A stretch of 64,000 nucleotides of DNA from Candidatus Kapaibacterium sp. (lineage in GTDB: Bacteria > Bacteroidota > Ignavibacteria > Kapaibacteriales > UBA2268), in assembly GCA_963664875.1 (NCBI GenBank), contig OY761611.1:2496001-2560000 (forward strand), given 5' to 3'. Positions 27,407-37,793 of the stretch are shown in pieces; position 1 is the stretch's first letter; each line of letters begins with the position of its first letter. Both the position numbers and the translations under genes were made by a program. The notes below the pieces were generated by a model, which saw only the letters and a list, made by a program, of their open reading frames with translations, was not told the origin of the DNA and searched no databases.

Positions 27407-30400
27407 TTATTTTGTAATTACCATACTTCCTTCGCCAACAAATGTATTTTGTTCCAATCTGATGATGTATGCACCACTTGGCAAATCTTTTGTTGATACA
27501 TTTACTTCGTAAGAACCTGCTTGCTGGTAAGAATCAAATACTACTTTCACTACTTCACCTTTTTCATTGTATATTTTCAATGATGCAGGTGCGTTAAGTG
27601 CTACGCCGTATTTAATGCTTGCTGTTTCGCCTACCACCGGATTTGGTGCCAAGCTTGGTGCAAGGTTTGCTCCGCCTGTTGAACTGATTAGGTTGATATC
27701 CTGAATACAATTTACTAACGGAATTTCTTGTGTTGAAGATGTGTATGTGATACATTCATCTCTTGTCGCAAATGTTACATTTGTGATTTCAGGCATATAC
27801 TTAGTATCTCCACTCAAATACAGCAAGAATAGCGGGTTAAGCATTGCTGCTCTTGCGTCTGCATAGTTTAAGTATCCTGCTCCGCTTGTGCTGATTGTGT
27901 AAGTATCTAAGAAATATTCGCCGTCTTCTTCTGTGTTTGATTTCACTACTTCAAAGCCCGGAGTTGCATTCAAAGCAAATGGTTTATCTACTTTGATTAA
28001 GCCCATCCATTCTTTTTTGTATTTGTATGTGATACTCAATGATTTGATTTCCAAATCACTCCATTCGTCTTTGTTTGCTATTTCAATGAAGAAGTAGTTT
28101 GTATAGTGTGGTACATTGCCGCCTGTGTTGTATGAGAACATACCCGGCTGTATCGGAATTGCTTTTAGCTCTGTACCTACTCGTGTTTCAATTTTTTGTG
28201 AAATATCTACATTAAGCAATCTTGCTGATGCTGTCAAATCGGCTGTCATTGTTTCTTTTTCTGTGCTACCGACAAAGTGATATTTCATTGCTACTTTTGC
28301 ACTAAAATTCAATGTCATACCAGGTGCTGCTTCATAAATTGATTTATCTACTGCTGTAGGATCAAAAAGCACTTCGCAGATTGAATTTCCACCCATGGTG
28401 ATTGTTGAACCGTAAAGAACAGCTTTTACTGCATCTGTTACTACGAATACGTTGTTGTCATCTTCTGTAATAACTATTTCGTCAACGATAAGATTTTGAG
28501 ATTGAGATAAGTTATTGAGTTTTACATTTGCTGTAAGATTATTACATCTCATTGTCATACCGTAAGCAATGCCTTCTACTGTCGCATCACCATCAACTAC
28601 ATAACCTCTTAGGAAGCCTTCATCTTCAGGGTTTACTGAATTTTGTACAAAGTCTTCGTAAACCATTTGATAGCCTGGTACGCCTGAGCCGGGCACATGG
28701 TTAGAGTTTACTGTAATGTCTGTTTCTTTGATGAAGCCGTTTGTAGGATCTACCTGATCCAAACCTACGTTTGGTGTCATTAACGGTGGTGCAAATGCAT
28801 AGTCAACAGTAACTTTACCTTCTGTCGGTACTGTTATTGGGAATGTTACATTAGCATACGGAACACCGTCAATTGCTACAGGAATAAAATCATTTGCATA
28901 CGCTGGGTTGATAGATATTGATCTAACTTCTAAAACTTCGTGTTCGTCAGAGTTTATAATCTCAATTTGTTTTACTTCAGCATCTGCTAAGGCTTTACCC
29001 GGTGCAGTTTTAGTAAATGTTGCTTCTGTTACTTTCACATTCGGCATTGTTCCGTGACCGGTAAGCATATTGGTAGCATCTTCTTGGAACTTTTTGTCTA
29101 AATCTGTTTTAGTATAGTATTTAGCAAAAATTCTTGCTTGTATATTTTCTCTTTCTTCAAATGGAACAAATACAACATTAAATGTATATGTTTCGCCTTC
29201 GGCTAATTCTATACCTTTATAATCATCACTTGGATCAATATTGTATTTAGCTACTAAATTGCCGGTACCATCTACGAACATGAAATTGTCGTTAGAAGGA
29301 ACAGCATCAATAAATGCTAATTCTGTTACGACAACAACTTCGTTACCTGTATTCTCAACAGTTACTGTTGCAGGGGCACCTTTTTCATTAATAACTTTTT
29401 TAGTGCCAACATGCTGCATACCAAATATGCATTCAGATAGAGTTACAGTACCTTGAGAAGAAACAAGATCCCATTCAGAAATTGAATCGCTTTCAGCAAT
29501 CGGATCAAATGCATTATTTGAGAATACCAAATTATCCTGATAGCGACCTATCGCTGAAGGTGTGAAATATTCACCCATTATTTGTACTTTCCACTCTTCT
29601 CCCTTACTAAACATTCTTGGTTGAATTTCAATTGGGAATGTTACAGGAGTATTGTTTTTATCACGTGGAGTGAATCTAAATTCAGGAATTACAGTTTCAA
29701 ACATAGCTTTAGTAACTATCAAAGTGTCAGAGCCCGGATTTGAGATAATTATACCATTTAGGCCATCTCCATCGAAGCCACTTGCAACTGTTTTTTCAAT
29801 TTCATTGCCTGGGAATGCCGGCTTTGATGATTTCCACTCAGTTACTTTAATTTTTGGAGTTACACCCTGACCTTCAATTGGCCATTTGAAGTCCAAACAT
29901 TCAGCTTTGAATGATATTGAATCTAAATCGAAATCTTCGGGATCTTCGACTTCTTCTGTTGGGTGGTATTTCAATCTCAATTCCATTTCTTCGCCAACAG
30001 CAAGTTCTGTTACATCGTAATCACCCCAATCTTCTACTATTTCAAAGAACTCACCATCAACCAATTCTTTAGTATTTACCTGCAAAGGTCCTCTTCCTGC
30101 GTTTTGGAAAGTAACATCAATGAAGTGATCTTGAAAAATTTGGCATCTGCCAAATACTATAGATTCTGGCTTCACGATTTTCAAAGAGTCTGCAAAATAT
30201 TCTACAGAGTCAATTGTTATATTACCTTCCTGATCTGCAACATAGAAATAGCATTTTGCATCTTGGAATTTATCTAAAACAGATAATTTAAAGAGATAGT
30301 CATCATGCGGTTCGTATTTCCAATCCTGTGGTTGACCGTTTTTGTTTACATACTGAGGTTCACTAATATTATAAGAAATATATTTGTAACCCTTAATAGT

Positions 30401-32095
30401 TGAGTCCATTATGATAGTTGCAGGCTCGTCCCATACTTCAGTATCAACCTGACGTGGATCTGCGTTGACATTAGGATCTATTGTTAATTCAGTCACGTGA
30501 ACTGTCCATTCGCCGCATTCACCCTGAATGCTTACTGCTGGTGGAACTGTATCAGTTTCAGACAATTTTTTAAGTGCCATAGCTGCAGGCCATCCATAAG
30601 AGTCAACTGATTTGAATCCATAGATATACCCACCAAATTTCGCAACACCATCTGTGCTCATGCTATGAACACCCGGAGCAATTTTGAATCTTGCCCAATA
30701 CAAATCAGTACCAGGGATTCTGTTAGACAAGAAAGAAGGCATCTTATCAACAACTTTTGTTCCATCAAAAAGAATTGATTGCAAACCTTTCTTTTCCGGA
30801 TCGTTAGGATCATCCCAAGCTACTATATTTAAGTGATTTTCGCCAAATGTTTTATTTGGTGGTGCCTGGAAGATAGTACCGTAAATATATTGTTCAACTG
30901 AAGTTACAGGCCACATAAAAGGATCGTACTGAGCACCATCCCATGCTGAAGAGTAAGAATATTGCATAATGAATATTGGTTTGTCAGCTTGGAATACTGA
31001 AGTACCTGTAACTGATTTAGCTGTTGGATCAGCATTCATCACATCAGAAATTTCAATAAATTCACCACCATTTTGTAGAACACCACTCCTCGCACCTAAG
31101 GATTCTTTAGTATTAAAGTCATACCAAGACATGGTGTAAGAAGTGTTATCTTCAAGTGCTAAAATTCTAAACAAGTCACCTTTTGTGGAACCACCTCTTG
31201 CTAAAGCAACTGATGCATAATACTGCCCCCATGTATCTACAGGCATAGGTTGAGCACACAAGTGGTCACGAGAGCTGTTTTCAAGAATAGGAATAACCGT
31301 ACGCCAGTGATATGATACAATACCAATTGGTTTGTCTGCTTTGATATAAGTTCCGGTAAGATCAAACTGACCTCTTGTCAGACCATCAGATTGTATCTGA
31401 TAAACTTCCCCGGCATTGACCTTAACGTTGAAAACACTTCCTATTGATTTTGTTTCATCTTTCATCAAAGTTGCAATGTTTTTATCGCCAACACCTCTTA
31501 ACCTAACATTTACCTTTGTATTGTCTTCTGAGCCAATAATAAGGAAACCGTTAGCAAAAGTGTTTGTTGCACTTTCATAATTATCATAGTAAGAACAGTG
31601 CATATATTCTGTCTGCCAAGAATCTACAGGCAGCGCCATATAGCCGTCTGAAGTTGTGTTTTTTGAGTTCATCACATAAACAGATACAGGACCTGTTGCT
31701 TCTATTGTGATTGTTTTTGTAGTGGCTGTATTTGGCTCTCTACATTCGGCTGCAGTATATGAAAGTCCTTCTGCATCATTTATCGTAAAAACATCTCCAC
31801 CTTTGAGAGCTTTTTTCTTTTTTGTACCCATGATGTCCATATCAAGTAGTACATCATTAGCACTTGCTATGTAAACCTCAATAGCGGAATCAGACCAACC
31901 ATAGCCTGCTGATTCATTAGGCGGAATAGCCACAATGAACTTACGGCCCATCTGACCTTGACCTAATTTGAAGTCGCGAGCTCTTTGTTCGCGTATTTTT
32001 TGTTTTAGTTCTTTGACATTAGCAAACCCTTCATTGGGTATTGCCATCAAGAAGCTAAGGCATAGAACGAGGGTAATAAGTAGATTTTTCCTCAT
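27407..32095 (-). CDS. T9SS-secreted surface protein: IgGFc-binding-like N-terminal domain, multiple Ig-like domains, type A CTD
   Basis: Signal peptide; TSDGYMALPVDSW, DHL, GDLFRILA, SYGWP motifs; CTD LAPNP...KIYNEKG...LPSGAYIIRL. Confidence 0.85.
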   Translation of the reverse strand: MRKNLLITLVLCLSFLMAIPNEGFANVKELKQKIREQRARDFKLGQGQMGRKFIVAIPPNESAGYGWSDSAIEVYIASANDVLLDMDIMGTKKKKALKGGDVFTINDAEGLSYTAAECREPNTATTKTITIEATGPVSVYVMNSKNTTSDGYMALPVDSWQTEYMHCSYYDNYESATNTFANGFLIIGSEDNTKVNVRLRGVGDKNIATLMKDETKSIGSVFNVKVNAGEVYQIQSDGLTRGQFDLTGTYIKADKPIGIVSYHWRTVIPILENSSRDHLCAQPMPVDTWGQYYASVALARGGSTKGDLFRILALEDNTSYTMSWYDFNTKESLGARSGVLQNGGEFIEISDVMNADPTAKSVTGTSVFQADKPIFIMQYSYSSAWDGAQYDPFMWPVTSVEQYIYGTIFQAPPNKTFGENHLNIVAWDDPNDPEKKGLQSILFDGTKVVDKMPSFLSNRIPGTDLYWARFKIAPGVHSMSTDGVAKFGGYIYGFKSVDSYGWPAAMALKKLSETDTVPPAVSIQGECGEWTVHVTELTIDPNVNADPRQVDTEVWDEPATIIMDSTIKGYKYISYNISEPQYVNKNGQPQDWKYEPHDDYLFKLSVLDKFQDAKCYFYVADQEGNITIDSVEYFADSLKIVKPESIVFGRCQIFQDHFIDVTFQNAGRGPLQVNTKELVDGEFFEIVEDWGDYDVTELAVGEEMELRLKYHPTEEVEDPEDFDLDSISFKAECLDFKWPIEGQGVTPKIKVTEWKSSKPAFPGNEIEKTVASGFDGDGLNGIIISNPGSDTLIVTKAMFETVIPEFRFTPRDKNNTPVTFPIEIQPRMFSKGEEWKVQIMGEYFTPSAIGRYQDNLVFSNNAFDPIAESDSISEWDLVSSQGTVTLSECIFGMQHVGTKKVINEKGAPATVTVENTGNEVVVVTELAFIDAVPSNDNFMFVDGTGNLVAKYNIDPSDDYKGIELAEGETYTFNVVFVPFEERENIQARIFAKYYTKTDLDKKFQEDATNMLTGHGTMPNVKVTEATFTKTAPGKALADAEVKQIEIINSDEHEVLEVRSISINPAYANDFIPVAIDGVPYANVTFPITVPTEGKVTVDYAFAPPLMTPNVGLDQVDPTNGFIKETDITVNSNHVPGSGVPGYQMVYEDFVQNSVNPEDEGFLRGYVVDGDATVEGIAYGMTMRCNNLTANVKLNNLSQSQNLIVDEIVITEDDNNVFVVTDAVKAVLYGSTITMGGNSICEVLFDPTAVDKSIYEAAPGMTLNFSAKVAMKYHFVGSTEKETMTADLTASARLLNVDISQKIETRVGTELKAIPIQPGMFSYNTGGNVPHYTNYFFIEIANKDEWSDLEIKSLSITYKYKKEWMGLIKVDKPFALNATPGFEVVKSNTEEDGEYFLDTYTISTSGAGYLNYADARAAMLNPLFLLYLSGDTKYMPEITNVTFATRDECITYTSSTQEIPLVNCIQDINLISSTGGANLAPSLAPNPVVGETASIKYGVALNAPASLKIYNEKGEVVKVVFDSYQQAGSYEVNVSTKDLPSGAYIIRLEQNTFVGEGSMVITK

Positions 32096-32478
32096 AATTT
32101 CCTCCGAAATCGGAATGTCGTTAATATTCAGTAAATAACTATTGTTTTCTAATAGACAGATATAGGTTTAGTTTGTTACATCTCTTTCAGTAAATATCTT
32201 TCAAATATATAAAATAAATCGATAGGTTATTACAAATAATTCAAATTGGGAGGCATTTTTTTAGAAAATATTTCCAATCACAATGATGTTGTCAAAACTG
32301 CCCACTAAATCGAAACTTATGTGGTATTTAAAATTGCTATTTTGTAAAAGTTCGAGGACTGTATTACATATATCGTCTGATTATTCCCACATTCTCTTTT
32401 GAATTAAAGTAGATATTGTATATACTTGTACAGTAAATCGAACAAATTGTGTTGTATATCAATTATTTTTGAAGCAAA

Positions 32479-34500
32479 ATGTATAAATATATATTCATAC
32501 TCTTCGCTCTTATGTCGTGTATCCAAGTCGCGAATAGTCAAAATCTTACAGAACTTAAACAGATGACTTTAAATGAGACAACTTTTAAGCTGTGGAATAA
32601 ATATATTTATGATTACGCACCCGCAGATTCAGCTTTGGACTTGGTTAATCATTTTGCGAGAATACATTTATTTGGAAATAGACCGGCTGTGGCATATCAA
32701 GTTTATGATATGTATAGCGGCTTGTTTCCGGCAAAGCAAGATAAAATCAAATCGCTTTTAGATATTTGTCTGAATAGAGCGATTAGCATGAAAGCAAATC
32801 AGCAGACTTTTGCACAATACCATAATATAATTGTTAAAAATGCTCCTAAGGAAGAGGCTTTTGTGGCTGTGCAGAAAATCGCTGCACACTATTTGGATTT
32901 AAAATCTTTTGATTCAGCGGCAGTCATTTTCAAAGCGTATAAGACATACTTCCCTTTAATGAATAATCGCTTTGATAGCATTGTTAATTTGCTCGAAAGA
33001 GATGAAAAGCAACTCGAAATTACTAATCTCGGAAGCCCTCTAAACACAGCCGCTAATGAATGGGATCCAAATCCCACTCCCGATGGCAAACGGCTTTTCT
33101 TTTCATCAAATAGAGAGGGGACAATTGGAGGAGCTGATATTTGGTTTGCTGATTGTGACTCTTTAGGTTACTCTGAACCGAAGCGTTTAGGGCATGGAGT
33201 AAACGGTAAAAATAAAGAAACTATAGATAATGTCATTTTTGATGGTTCGGGCTTGACTCTTTCCGGAAATTTCGACGGAACATTTGGCAAATATGACATA
33301 TATACCTTTATGGCTGATACGTCCGGAAAATTTTCTTTAAAACATTTGCCCTATCCTATTAATACAGAATATACAGACGAATCTGCAAATATCACTGCGG
33401 ATGGGTGGGCTCTTCTCTTTTGCTCAGACAGAAAAGGTGGCATCGGTGATTTTCACAAAATGGATGAAAACTTTCACGGGAATGCTATGGGCAATACTGA
33501 TTTGTATGTTTCTTTGAAGATAGGTGAGACTTGGAGTGAGCCGATCAATCTTGGGCAAACAATAAATACGCCCTATGCCGAGAGAACGCCTTATCTCCAT
33601 CCTGATGGCAAGACTCTGTACTTTAGCTCCGATGGTCACTATGGATTGGGGGGATTGGATGTGTTTGTGAGTCGTAGGTTGAGCGATACTTCTTGGACGG
33701 ACTGGAGCGAACCTGTTAATCTTGGAAGATTTGTTAATAGCTCCGGAGATGATTGGGGCTATAAAATTTCTTTGGACAGCAAGGTTGCATTCTTTTCGAT
33801 TGCAGAGCTTCCCGGAGGTACTGGTGGATGGGATATTTATAAGATTGAAATGCCGGAGATTGCAAAATCATCACCAATCGCAGTCATTAGCGGTTCCGTT
33901 AGAGATGCGGAAAGTGATTTGCCTCTTTCTGCAGTCATTAAATATGAAGATTTGAGCGACGGCAAGTTATTAGGTGAAATAATCAGTAATCCTGCTACAG
34001 GTGCTTATATGATTGCTTTACCTGCCGGGAAGAACTATGGTATTTTTGTAGAAAAGCGTGGATATGTGCCCAAATCCATAGATATCAATCTTAAAGACAG
34101 CCTCTCGGGAGACTTGGCTTACGATTTTTCTTTGCAGGCAGTTGCTACGGCTGCAAAAAACAAAATTGAAATAACTTTAGAAAACATATATTTTGATTAT
34201 GATAAATCTTCGCTTAAGAAAGAATCTATGCCGGCTTTGAAAAGGTTTGTTGATTTTCTTCAAAAAGAAGATAAATATGACATTCTAATAGAAGGGCATA
34301 CTGACGAACTTGGAAGCGAAGAATATAACCTCCAACTTTCCAAAAAAAGAGCAGATGAAGTCTTTCGTTTTCTAAAAAATACCGGTATAAATTCCGAAAG
34401 AATAACAACAAAAGCTTACGGTGAAACAAAACCTCTATCCAATCAAAAATCAGATTTATCTAAAAACAGAAGAGTCTCTTTCAGGCTCATTCTGAGATAA
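32479..34500 (+). CDS. OmpA-family protein with PD40 repeats (PorE-like architecture)
   Basis: PDGKRLFFSSNR, HPDGKTLYFSSDGH.GLGGLD; C-terminal IYFDYDK, IEGHTD, YNLQLS.KRA, NRRV. Confidence 0.88.
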   Translation: MYKYIFILFALMSCIQVANSQNLTELKQMTLNETTFKLWNKYIYDYAPADSALDLVNHFARIHLFGNRPAVAYQVYDMYSGLFPAKQDKIKSLLDICLNRAISMKANQQTFAQYHNIIVKNAPKEEAFVAVQKIAAHYLDLKSFDSAAVIFKAYKTYFPLMNNRFDSIVNLLERDEKQLEITNLGSPLNTAANEWDPNPTPDGKRLFFSSNREGTIGGADIWFADCDSLGYSEPKRLGHGVNGKNKETIDNVIFDGSGLTLSGNFDGTFGKYDIYTFMADTSGKFSLKHLPYPINTEYTDESANITADGWALLFCSDRKGGIGDFHKMDENFHGNAMGNTDLYVSLKIGETWSEPINLGQTINTPYAERTPYLHPDGKTLYFSSDGHYGLGGLDVFVSRRLSDTSWTDWSEPVNLGRFVNSSGDDWGYKISLDSKVAFFSIAELPGGTGGWDIYKIEMPEIAKSSPIAVISGSVRDAESDLPLSAVIKYEDLSDGKLLGEIISNPATGAYMIALPAGKNYGIFVEKRGYVPKSIDINLKDSLSGDLAYDFSLQAVATAAKNKIEITLENIYFDYDKSSLKKESMPALKRFVDFLQKEDKYDILIEGHTDELGSEEYNLQLSKKRADEVFRFLKNTGINSERITTKAYGETKPLSNQKSDLSKNRRVSFRLILR

Positions 34501-34563
34501 AACCCTGCTATAAATAGACTAAGCGGAGTACCTGCTTCCACAGTTGTATATATTCTCATATCC

Positions 34564-34598
34564 AAAGAGCCAACTTAAAAAATTAAATTGGCTCTTTT
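34564..34598. terminator. Terminator-like inverted repeat, copy 1 of 4
   Basis: AAAGAGCCAACTTAA-AAAA-TTAAATTGGCTCTTTT. Confidence 0.75.
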
Positions 34599-34630
34599 AG
34601 TTTTTATTGTGTAACTATATTGCAATATAG

Positions 34631-34714
34631 ATGTCAATTAGTAATATGAAAAAGAAGCAGGCAGTTGCTTGCAATTTAGATAATGATCTTCCAAATTTAG
34701 GAGTAGCCTTATGA
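34631..34714 (+). CDS. Candidate 27-aa leader peptide, copy 1 (MSISNMKKKQAVACNLDNDLPNLGVAL)
   Basis: TGA overlaps the downstream ATG (ATGA). Frame is kept in all three copies. Alternative start at 34646. Confidence 0.45.
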   Translation: MSISNMKKKQAVACNLDNDLPNLGVAL

Positions 34715-36081
34715 AAAGTATTATACTTGTTATGCTAATATGTATGTCGTTTACAGGACTCCTTGCTGAGTATTATGATGAGCCGTATTTGAGCAAAAGA
34801 GATGAATTTATTCCATTTGTGATTTTAAATGATTCGAGTGGAGTACCCTTTTTTTTAAGTTTTAGAAAATATGCCAAATGTAATCCAATGGACAAAACTA
34901 TAGAAATTATAGATAGCATTAAATATAATAGTATTAGCGTGCCTCTAAATACTGGGAATTTAATAAACAGTCACATTGGGATGAAACTAAGTATGAGAGA
35001 TCTTTATATCAATGATTCTGCGCACCTGAATTTTGTGAATATTGACACTTCAATCTTCATAAATCTCCGATATTTTTCTTCCAATTTGTTTCAATTCAAT
35101 AGTACTACCTATAGTAATGGAAAGTTTTGGTTTGGGGGCTTATGGAACTATCTTTACAGATTTGATGAAGAGACTTACGAAATAGATTCAATAGCAGTAG
35201 ATTCATTGAAACTATATCCGTGGGCATTGCAGCATAGGCGTTTTATGCCGTACAAAAACGGAATACTTTATATTTCGCAGGTAGCCAGAAATCTGCACTA
35301 CTATTCTGACGAAGAGCAATGGACAGTAGCGCTTGATTCTATTGCAAAAGCAAATTATAAGAACTGGGGCTATATCCAGCATGTAGATTATTTTGATGGG
35401 AAAGTGATGCTTTCTATAGAAGGTAAAGCAATTTATATCTATGATATAAATCAAAAGACATTGGAAGAAATCAATCTGGACAATACCATAGTTTCTGAAA
35501 AATATAAAAACTATGTAGATTCCGAAGGCAATTTGCTCCTTGAATTTTTTGCCAATTATGATTGCAAAGGAAACATTTTCTTCAGTTTGGAAAGCAATAA
35601 AGAAGGTTTTACGCTCTACAAAATTGATGAGACAAGGGAAATCTCTGAATTCAAATTAGACGGATTTGTCCAAGTTTTCGATGTAACACGCACAGGTCGG
35701 AATTCAAATTGGATTAGAGGATTCATTGGTGATTTTGAAGAGGGGACACAAACATTTAAAGTAGTGGAACATTTTCCTGACGGGACAGGAGTAGAGGGAG
35801 CTCCACCGACACTATTGCCTATAAACGTCTATCCCAATCCGTCAAAAACATATACCAACGTGAAGTTTTATCTGCAACCCAGCACTAAAGCATCTTTGAA
35901 ATGCAGCATTTATAACTATATGGGTAGTCAGATTGCCGAATTAGATAATGAAATCGAATATGACGAAACGACCGGATTTGCAACTAAGAGAATAGAGACC
36001 GGCAGTCTAAACACAGGCATATACTATCTGCTGGTGGACAACGGCAGCGAAAAGCGACTATTTGGCTTTGCAGTTGAATAG
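34711..36081 (+). CDS. T9SS-secreted beta-propeller-like protein, paralog 1
   Basis: AGGAG SD, signal peptide, blade-like motifs (NGKFWFGG, YDCKGNIFF), CTD NVYPNP...IYNYMG...LNTGIYYL. Confidence 0.85.
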   Translation: MKSIILVMLICMSFTGLLAEYYDEPYLSKRDEFIPFVILNDSSGVPFFLSFRKYAKCNPMDKTIEIIDSIKYNSISVPLNTGNLINSHIGMKLSMRDLYINDSAHLNFVNIDTSIFINLRYFSSNLFQFNSTTYSNGKFWFGGLWNYLYRFDEETYEIDSIAVDSLKLYPWALQHRRFMPYKNGILYISQVARNLHYYSDEEQWTVALDSIAKANYKNWGYIQHVDYFDGKVMLSIEGKAIYIYDINQKTLEEINLDNTIVSEKYKNYVDSEGNLLLEFFANYDCKGNIFFSLESNKEGFTLYKIDETREISEFKLDGFVQVFDVTRTGRNSNWIRGFIGDFEEGTQTFKVVEHFPDGTGVEGAPPTLLPINVYPNPSKTYTNVKFYLQPSTKASLKCSIYNYMGSQIAELDNEIEYDETTGFATKRIETGSLNTGIYYLLVDNGSEKRLFGFAVE

Positions 36082-36104
36082 GGTAAAAATAAATATCAAA
36101 ATAC

Positions 36105-36139
36105 AAAGAGCCAACTTAAAAAATTAAATAGGCTCTTTT
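36105..36139. terminator. Terminator-like inverted repeat, copy 2 of 4
   Basis: AAAGAGCCAACTTAAAAAATTAAATAGGCTCTTTT. Confidence 0.75.
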
Positions 36140-36171
36140 AGTTTTTATTGTGTAACTATATTGCAATATAG

Positions 36172-36255
36172 ATGTCAATTAGTAACATGAAAAAGAAGCA
36201 GGCAGTTGCTTGCAATTTAGATAATGATCTTCCAAATTTAGGAGTATCCTTATGA
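36172..36255 (+). CDS. Candidate 27-aa leader peptide, copy 2 (MSISNMKKKQAVACNLDNDLPNLGVSL)
   Basis: Same frame and ATGA overlap; synonymous AAT>AAC change. Confidence 0.45.
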   Translation: MSISNMKKKQAVACNLDNDLPNLGVSL

Positions 36256-37619
36256 AAAGTATTATACTTGTTATGTTAATATGTGTGTCGTTTACAGAAC
36301 TCCTTGCGGAGTATTATGACGAACCTTATAAATTTAAAAAGGATGTATTGGTGCCCCTCAATATTGAAACCGATTCTACCGGAACTCCCTTTTTTGCAAG
36401 TACAAATAAATATGCTGTCGGCAATGCGGAGGATAAATCGTTTGAAATTGTTGATAGTATTAGAATAGGCGATGAAATTTACTATTTCAAACAAAATGGA
36501 TTTGGATTTGATTCTCAGTTTTTAAGATTTGGCAAGAAGATGACTATGATGTCTTTTTATTCCAACACTGATACTTCTTTTCTGTGCTTCTTAAATCAAG
36601 ATACTGGACTGATTTTTAGAAATAGGTCTTTTTCTTCAAATATATGGCAAGTCTTTAATAATACGTACAGCAATGGTAAGTTTTGGTTTGGTGGTTTGTG
36701 GGGCTATCTCTATCGCTTTGATGAAAATACATATCAATTAGATTCTATTCGCGTAGATTCTGTAAAACTTTTTCAATGGAAAATCTCATTCCGAAAATTT
36801 GCTCCGTACAAACAAGGCATACTGTATGTATCACAATATGACAATAATCTCCATTATTACTCTGATGAAGAGCAATGGTTTGCAAATATCGATTCGTTAG
36901 CTAAATGGAGCCACGTCTCATTTATGGAATATCATGAAGGTAAAGTACTTCTTTCGACCTATAATAATGAGATATATCTATACGATATAGAGCAAAAGAC
37001 GATGGAAGAGATTGACCTTGCTCAAACAATAATAGCAGAAGACTACAAAAACAAACGAAATCATCTGGGGAACTTAGAATTATCTCCGATAGCAATATTT
37101 GATTGTAAAGGTAACATATATATAAATCTGACGTTCGACGGAGATGCAACATTATATAAAATAAAAGAAGATAGAACTGCCGAAGAGTACAAGATACCCG
37201 GCTTTACAAGAGTTTGGGACGTTACCCGTTCCGGCCGTAATTCAAATTGGTTTAGAGGTTATTATGGTAACTATAATGATTCGGATGCAGCTTATAAAGT
37301 AGTGGAACATTTTCCTGACGGGACAGGATTAGAGGGAGCGCCACCGACACTATTGCCTATAAACGTCTATCCCAATCCATCAAAAACATATACCAACGTG
37401 AAGTTTTATCTGCAACCCAGCACCAAAGCATCTTTGAAATGCAGCATTTATAACTACATGGGTAGTCTGATTGCCGAATTAGATAATGAGATCGAATATG
37501 ACGAAACGACCGGATTTGCAACTAAGAGAATAGAGACCGGCAGTCTAAACACAGGTATATACTATCTGCTGGTGGACAACGGCAGCGAAAAGCGACTATT
37601 TGGCTTTGCAGTAGAATAA
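36252..37619 (+). CDS. T9SS-secreted beta-propeller-like protein, paralog 2
   Basis: Near-identical signal peptide and CTD to paralog 1, divergent core. Confidence 0.85.
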   Translation: MKSIILVMLICVSFTELLAEYYDEPYKFKKDVLVPLNIETDSTGTPFFASTNKYAVGNAEDKSFEIVDSIRIGDEIYYFKQNGFGFDSQFLRFGKKMTMMSFYSNTDTSFLCFLNQDTGLIFRNRSFSSNIWQVFNNTYSNGKFWFGGLWGYLYRFDENTYQLDSIRVDSVKLFQWKISFRKFAPYKQGILYVSQYDNNLHYYSDEEQWFANIDSLAKWSHVSFMEYHEGKVLLSTYNNEIYLYDIEQKTMEEIDLAQTIIAEDYKNKRNHLGNLELSPIAIFDCKGNIYINLTFDGDATLYKIKEDRTAEEYKIPGFTRVWDVTRSGRNSNWFRGYYGNYNDSDAAYKVVEHFPDGTGLEGAPPTLLPINVYPNPSKTYTNVKFYLQPSTKASLKCSIYNYMGSLIAELDNEIEYDETTGFATKRIETGSLNTGIYYLLVDNGSEKRLFGFAVE

Positions 37620-37641
37620 AACAATAAAAATATCAATATCC

Positions 37642-37677
37642 AAAGAGCCAAGTTAAAAAATTAAATTGGCTCTTTTT
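37642..37677. terminator. Terminator-like inverted repeat, copy 3 of 4
   Basis: AAAGAGCCAAGTTAAAAAATTAAATTGGCTCTTTTT. Confidence 0.75.
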
Positions 37678-37709
37678 AGTTTTTATTGTGTAACTATATT
37701 GCAATATAG

Positions 37710-37793
37710 ATGTCAATTAGTAATATGAAAAAGAAGCATGCTGTGGCTTGCAATTTAGATAATGATCTTCCAAAATTTGGAGTAGCCTTATGA
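37710..37793 (+). CDS. Candidate 27-aa leader peptide, copy 3 (MSISNMKKKHAVACNLDNDLPKFGVAL)
   Basis: Five differences from copy 1, all at third codon positions; ATGA overlap. Confidence 0.45.
   Translation: MSISNMKKKHAVACNLDNDLPKFGVAL

Noticed and set aside
34657-34675. Sigma-54 site in the paralog leaders (AGGCAGTTGCTTGCA)
   Set aside because: Spacing is GG-N9-GC rather than N10, and the GG is lost in copy 3.
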